A DNA stretch of 64,000 bases from Candidatus Obscuribacteraceae bacterium. GTDB taxonomy: Bacteria > Cyanobacteriota > Vampirovibrionia > Obscuribacterales > Obscuribacteraceae. Below the pieces are notes generated by a model, which saw nothing but the letters and a program-made list of their open reading frames with translations, had not been told where the DNA came from and did no database searches. Positions 59,380 to 64,000 of this stretch are shown here, in pieces; position 1 is the first letter of the stretch; the number at the start of each line of letters is the position of its first letter. The stretch lies in NCBI GenBank assembly GCA_044226015.1, contig JBGAHS010000001.1, positions 128,001 to 192,000 on the forward strand, in the 5' to 3' direction. A program made the position numbers and the translations under genes.

Positions 59380-59650
59380 CTGCATCCAGGATCCTGCGGC
59401 AAGTTTTGGGAAGGTGTAGCTGCGTCCAGGATCCTGCGGCAAATTCGGGAAGGTGCAGCTGCATTCAGGATCCTGCGGCAAATTCGGGAAGGTGCAGCTG
59501 CATTCAGGATCCGGCGGCAAGTTTTGGGAAGATGCAGCTGCATTCAGGATCCGGCGGCAGGTTTTGGGAAGGTCTAGCTGCGTCCAGGAGCCTGCGGCAA
59601 GTTTTGGGAAGAAGTGGGAGCATCCAAAGCTTCCGGAAACTTTTGGGAGA
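59361..59650. repeat. 39/40-bp tandem repeat (6 copies plus degenerate 7th) overlapping the UDG 3' end
   Basis: AAGTTTTGGGAAGGTGYAGCTGCRTYCAGGATCCKGCGGC-type units at 59361, 59401, 59441, 59480, 59519 and 59559, partial at 59599; no spacers. Confidence 0.92.
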
Positions 59651-59717
59651 ATAAAGCCGCACTCAAGGTCTGTAAGGCGTTGAAACGTAGATGCTGTTAA
59701 CTTCAGTCTGCGGAACC

Positions 59718-59743
59718 TCATGACAAGAGCTTTCTTGTCATGA
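59718..59743. terminator. Perfect 11-bp inverted repeat (terminator or operator)
   Basis: TCATGACAAGA-GCTT-TCTTGTCATGA; a T-run lies ~14 nt downstream. Confidence 0.55.
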
Positions 59744-60036
59744 AAGTCTCGCTTCAGTTTTTTTTCCGTGCAAAATCTCTGTAAAAAACCAAATGGGTTT
59801 CTCTTGAAAATAATGCTCGCAATAGCCTTGAAACCTTTTGTATGGGGACGGTTTGGGCATTATTTGGCAATTTGTAAGCTTAAACGTTCATCTATGGAGT
59901 AGATTGCCAAGGACCTAAAATACAGGGCGATATAGCAAGGACGGTTGGCTTTTACGCTAGCCTGTATCGGTTGATGTCACTGTCCTCTCCATAAGTTGGA
60001 AGGCAGCTTTACTAAAAGAATTTTGGGAGACGATAT

Positions 60037-60591
60037 ATGCGAATTCGCTCAATCGGTGTTGTCAGCATGATTGCTGCCTTGGCGCTCATAGGTGGCGCAG
60101 ACGCTGCACAAGCCAAATCAGGAAGACATGCGCACTGCAAGGCAGGAAAGCATGTTTGTCATAGCAGCCATTGTTGCAAGGCTGACAACAGTGCTGCATC
60201 AATTTTGTCCAAGAAAGGCAATTTCAAGACCGAGCTAGCAATGGCTAAGCAAGCTGGTCTCTGCAATTCTATTTGTGGAAAGAAGGGTTCTTACACCTGG
60301 TTTGCTCCTACAGATGAAGCTTATGCCAAGCTTGGAAAAGCGAAGCTGGAAGATTTGAAGAAAGACCCGAAGAAATTGGTCCACTACCACATGGTCAATC
60401 GCAAAGTAATGGCAGGCGACCTCAAAGCTCCTGGTTCACTCGTGACCCTGGAAGGCGAATCGCTTATGAGCAACGTCAACAATGGCAAAGGCGAAGTTGA
60501 TGGTTGCCTTATCATTGAACAAGACATCCCATGTGCTAACGGTGTGATCCACATTCTCGATGAAGTGCCGGTTCCAGAGCGCGGAAAATAA
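60037..60591 (+). CDS. Secreted fasciclin (FAS1) domain protein with His/Cys-rich N-terminus
   Basis: YTWFAPTDEAY, LVHYHMV and NGVIHILDEV motifs; signal peptide ending AAQA-K. Confidence 0.9.
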   Translation: MRIRSIGVVSMIAALALIGGADAAQAKSGRHAHCKAGKHVCHSSHCCKADNSAASILSKKGNFKTELAMAKQAGLCNSICGKKGSYTWFAPTDEAYAKLGKAKLEDLKKDPKKLVHYHMVNRKVMAGDLKAPGSLVTLEGESLMSNVNNGKGEVDGCLIIEQDIPCANGVIHILDEVPVPERGK

Positions 60592-60634
60592 TTTTCCGAC
60601 GAATTCAACAAATCTAATAGGTAGGGGCAGTGCG

Positions 60635-62005
60635 ATGCGTTGCCCCTACCTCGCGTTGGTGAGCGCGTTTGCAATTTCGGTGTTGTTGACCAGCGCTGGC
60701 TCTGCACAAATGAGTGAGTATGACGCCAGGGTGCGAGCGACTCAGCTGTATAACGAGTCGATTGGATTAATCAATGATGGAAATGTCCAACGTGCCGAAC
60801 CCAAGCTGGCTGAAGCCTATCGTTTGTGTCCAAACGATGCAAATATATTGAATAACTACGGTCTTGTTTTGATGAAGCTGGGCAAACTTCCAGAGGCAAG
60901 AGGTGCTCTAGAGCGTGCGTTTTCCATTAACCCACGATTTGATGCGATCAGTCTGAACCTGGGGCTTGTTTGTGAAAATCAGGGTGACCTTGCTACGGCT
61001 AAGAAATACTTGGTGAACTATGTTGCAATAGCGACAGATCGCAACCAGGCTGAGAAAATGCGCGATCACATCAATATCATTGATCGTACTCTTGCTCGTG
61101 GTGGTGGCGCTGGCGGTGTCAATTCAGAGGACTACCTAGGGCAAATGCAACCGGAACAAATGCATCCCTGGCCTAAAGAGAGAATGCCATTGAAAGTTTT
61201 TGTTGCTTCAGGCGAAGGCATCGAAGGCTACAAAGAGAGTTATGGGCAAGATGTTGAGAATGCTCTTGCAAGTTTTGAACAAGAACTAAAAGGACTGGTC
61301 AGCTTTCAACGGGTCAAAGCTGAAGAGGGTGCTGATATCACATTTAAGTGGACGCATGACACGCAAAATGCCTTACTTAAAGCGGAAGGCGGCGATTGTA
61401 AGTACACCGCCAATGGTGCTGGCATGACTCATGCAAACATTCAGATTTTGACTATCGACCCATCTCGCTCTGACAGGCTGAATGATTTCAAAGTGAGTTG
61501 GGTTGCCTTGCATGAGATTGGACATGCCCTCGGAATTGCAGCACACAGCAATTCACCTGATGACATAATGTATTTCACGGCTCCGATGAAGAATGCATTT
61601 TCAAATCTCAGCTCGCGTGACATAAAAACTTTAACGAGGCTTTACTCCGAAAAGCTTCCCGACACCTGGTTGTCTTTGAACGAAGAGGCAATAAGGGCGA
61701 TCAAAACCAAAGACTACGAAACTGCTGCTGTCAAACTGGAAGCTGCAATCAAGCTAAATCCAACGCAAAAAGTTCTACAGAGCAATATGGTTCTGGTGCA
61801 AGCCCGGCTTTGCGAAAGTCTTCTAAATCAAAACAAAAACGAAGAAGCAGCAGCGCACTTCATTAAGGCTCTGGACATGGAGATGATTGAGCGAGACGAG
61901 AATTTCAAGTGGCTGCTTTCAAATTATGCAGAATGCCTTCATCGTCTCGGTAGAGACTCCGAAGTTGATGCTATGTACAAGAAATACGGTAGTAGCAGCA
62001 AATAA
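60635..62005 (+). CDS. Secreted TPR-matrixin-TPR metalloprotease
   Basis: Signal peptide from ATG 60635; TPRs; WPKERMPLKVFV; HEIGHALGIAAHS...DIMY. Confidence 0.87.
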   Translation: MRCPYLALVSAFAISVLLTSAGSAQMSEYDARVRATQLYNESIGLINDGNVQRAEPKLAEAYRLCPNDANILNNYGLVLMKLGKLPEARGALERAFSINPRFDAISLNLGLVCENQGDLATAKKYLVNYVAIATDRNQAEKMRDHINIIDRTLARGGGAGGVNSEDYLGQMQPEQMHPWPKERMPLKVFVASGEGIEGYKESYGQDVENALASFEQELKGLVSFQRVKAEEGADITFKWTHDTQNALLKAEGGDCKYTANGAGMTHANIQILTIDPSRSDRLNDFKVSWVALHEIGHALGIAAHSNSPDDIMYFTAPMKNAFSNLSSRDIKTLTRLYSEKLPDTWLSLNEEAIRAIKTKDYETAAVKLEAAIKLNPTQKVLQSNMVLVQARLCESLLNQNKNEEAAAHFIKALDMEMIERDENFKWLLSNYAECLHRLGRDSEVDAMYKKYGSSSK

Positions 62006-62065
62006 CACTTTGGAAAGCGGCCATCTTCTGGCGGAATCTTGTTCAATCGAGTGTGGTGCTATTTC

Positions 62066-62269
62066 TTAATAGACTCTATGTCGGCAGAGTGCGCAGAATG
62101 CTTTCAACCCATTGGGTTGGTAGTAACGTATTTCCGCCCAATTGCGGTTGTAGACCATGTAGAGCTTATCGTCAGCTTTTCCGCGATATGCAATGTGAAC
62201 CATTTCCGAGCAACATGGCACAGTTACTTCTTCTGTTTCCTCTTTTGTTTCTTTGTCGTTATCTGCCAT
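62066..62269 (-). CDS. Small Cys-containing hypothetical protein
   Basis: 67 aa; acidic N-terminus, PCC and CALC motifs; AGAGAAG upstream. Confidence 0.6.
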   Translation of the reverse strand: MADNDKETKEETEEVTVPCCSEMVHIAYRGKADDKLYMVYNRNWAEIRYYQPNGLKAFCALCRHRVY

Positions 62270-62298
62270 AGTCTTCTCTTGTGCTTTCTATCTTGATC

Positions 62299-63783
62299 TT
62301 AACCGAGTAATTTCACAGGCAAATGAATGATGAAGGTCGAGCCCTGTCCGAGCTGCGAATCAACGTTCACTGTGCCATGATGGCGATTGATGATTTCGCG
62401 GGTAATGGCGAGACCGAGTCCAGTCCCACCAGCTCCAGAGCGACTTCTGGCTTTGTCTGCTCTGTAGAAACGATCAAAAATATGTGGCAAGTCTTTTGGA
62501 TCAATTCCAGTTCCTGTATCTGCAATCTTTATTTCAACAAGCGTTGCATCTACTTTAGAGACATAAGCAGTTACCTTTCCGTTTGACGGAGTGTGGTTCA
62601 CCGCATTTGTTAGCAAGTTGATAATCGCTCGCTGCAATTGAATTGCATTTCCAACTACAACCAGATCTTCTGTGCAATTCTCTACATTCAAGTGCACGCC
62701 TTTGCGCTCTGCTAGCGATCTCACCTGGTCTACTGCTTCTCGTATAGTTTCAGCAATGTGAACTTCGGCACTCCATTGCAGCTGAGTGTTTGCGTCGAGC
62801 TGTGCTACATCCAATAGGTCGCGCAGTAAGCTCGTCTGTCGCTCAACAAGATTTTCAAGCGAACGTAAAAACTTATGGCGAAGTTCGGGGTCTTCAGCAG
62901 CGCCGGCTTGAAGGGCTTCCACGACTGAGCCGATCGCCATTGTAGGTGTCTTTAATTCATGGCTGGCGTTAGCAATAAAATCCTGTTTGAGCTTTTCTTC
63001 TTGTCGAAGTCTTGCGATCATCTTGTTAAATGAGTCAACAAGTTCACCAATCTCATCGCTTCTTGATGAAGGCACAAAAGCCGTTATGTCGCCAGAATTG
63101 GCTACATACTCAGATTGCGCACTCATGTGTTTGATTGGCAATGTCACGCGCTTTGCCAACCAAATACTGATAATTGCTGTGACTACCAGAGTTGCAACAA
63201 TTATCTGAAGGAAGAAAATCAAATCTGAGTTTAGTCGTTCTTTCAGCTTGGTTAGCTCGACTCCAAGCCTGATGACGCCCAGAGTCTCTCCCGGTGATGA
63301 CCTCACAGGATAAGCAAAGAAGAGCCAGTCTTGTTTTTTTGCGCGACCAGTGCGGCGTTCATCAAAAACAACTATTCCAGAAAGTGCTTCGTTGATTTCT
63401 GGTTTGTTCGATATATTTTCGCCCGCACTATTTTTTTCCGCGCTGGGATCGATAGATGTTGATTCAGCCAAAACGTGTCCGCTCTTGTTCACAACCGTGA
63501 TGCGTACATGCAATCTGCTGGCATGTCGATCAACTGCAGCCTGAATGCGTCTTGTTGCTTGAGGCGAGTCAAGTGCAAGGTCGTTATCAATTTCCAAGCC
63601 CAAATGCATAGCTCCGACTTCAAGAGCATTGCGTTGGTTACTCATTGATTCAGATTTAATTGTGAACATCGCCCAAAATGTCACGACTGCTAAAGCGAAG
63701 GCCGTGACAAGTAGGTAAGTGCTCAAAAGCTGGTTGGCCAGAGACTTTGTGAACCAGTTATAGCATTTCTGAAGTAAGCCCAT
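62299..63783 (-). CDS. HAMP-domain sensor histidine kinase (PhoR/BaeS-like)
   Basis: Two TMs, HAMP, ANASHELKTP, NLLTNAVNH, DTGTGI, FDRFYRAD and GTGLGLAI motifs. Confidence 0.92.
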   Translation of the reverse strand: MGLLQKCYNWFTKSLANQLLSTYLLVTAFALAVVTFWAMFTIKSESMSNQRNALEVGAMHLGLEIDNDLALDSPQATRRIQAAVDRHASRLHVRITVVNKSGHVLAESTSIDPSAEKNSAGENISNKPEINEALSGIVVFDERRTGRAKKQDWLFFAYPVRSSPGETLGVIRLGVELTKLKERLNSDLIFFLQIIVATLVVTAIISIWLAKRVTLPIKHMSAQSEYVANSGDITAFVPSSRSDEIGELVDSFNKMIARLRQEEKLKQDFIANASHELKTPTMAIGSVVEALQAGAAEDPELRHKFLRSLENLVERQTSLLRDLLDVAQLDANTQLQWSAEVHIAETIREAVDQVRSLAERKGVHLNVENCTEDLVVVGNAIQLQRAIINLLTNAVNHTPSNGKVTAYVSKVDATLVEIKIADTGTGIDPKDLPHIFDRFYRADKARSRSGAGGTGLGLAITREIINRHHGTVNVDSQLGQGSTFIIHLPVKLLG

Positions 63784-63938
63784 GAGAACCGGATATATCG
63801 CAGGTTGTGTACACAGCCTTAAAACTATTGGAGAAATGTGATTTCTAACCCTACAGGTATCTATAATGTCATATCACCTGGCACAAAATCCATTTCATGT
63901 GTCAGAGTGGGAATCAAATTGAGGGAGGTTCCTTCCAA

Positions 63939-64000
63939 ATGTCCAGCGTTCTCAGTGTGACCGACAACACTTTTGAGCAAGAAGTTCTCAAAGCTGAACT
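63939..64000 (+). CDS. trxA: Thioredoxin (5' fragment)
   Basis: GAGGGAGG RBS followed by MSSVLSVTDNTFEQEVLKAE..., a typical TrxA N-terminus; the active site lies outside the window. Confidence 0.7.
   Translation, partial: MSSVLSVTDNTFEQEVLKAE

Noticed and set aside
59361..59650. CRISPR array
   Set aside because: Units are contiguous with no unique spacers, lengths are 39/40 bp, and no cas genes are in the window; it is a tandem repeat
59880..60036. Riboswitch upstream of the fasciclin gene
   Set aside because: Some pairing is possible, but I could not match any known riboswitch consensus

Overview
A gene-dense bacterial chromosomal window of moderate GC content. Its cyanobacteria-like SigA and CtpA, absence of photosynthesis genes, presence of AdhE and many TPR, matrixin and kinase proteins are consistent with a non-photosynthetic Melainabacteria (Vampirovibrionia/Obscuribacterales-like) genome; this assignment is inference only. 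Recognisable genes are arginase, adhE, nagB, a cyclophilin, the hen1-pnkp RNA-repair pair, rpoD-dnaG, ctpA, dihydropyrimidinase, murQ, a UDG-family gene, two sensor kinases and the start of trxA. The most notable observations are five. (1) A probable exported thioredoxin-fold selenoprotein is split by an in-frame TGA (C-x7-U, WUPG) with a SECIS-like hairpin, and is mis-called as two ORFs. (2) Two otherwise unrelated giant secreted proteins share a FecR-like C-terminal domain, a possible lineage-specific sorting or anchoring module. (3) One of these is a His/Cys-rich, (Thr-Ser-Pro)n protein broken by frameshifts inside its repeat and lies head-to-head with an SdpA/SdpB(HTTM)-like pair. (4) A tandem double histidine kinase has complementary degenerate halves. 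(5) Smaller items include an HRN-type pseudokinase, an unannotated ankyrin gene remnant, REP-like hairpins and tandem arrays starting at stop codons. I found no rRNA, tRNA, CRISPR array or transposase.
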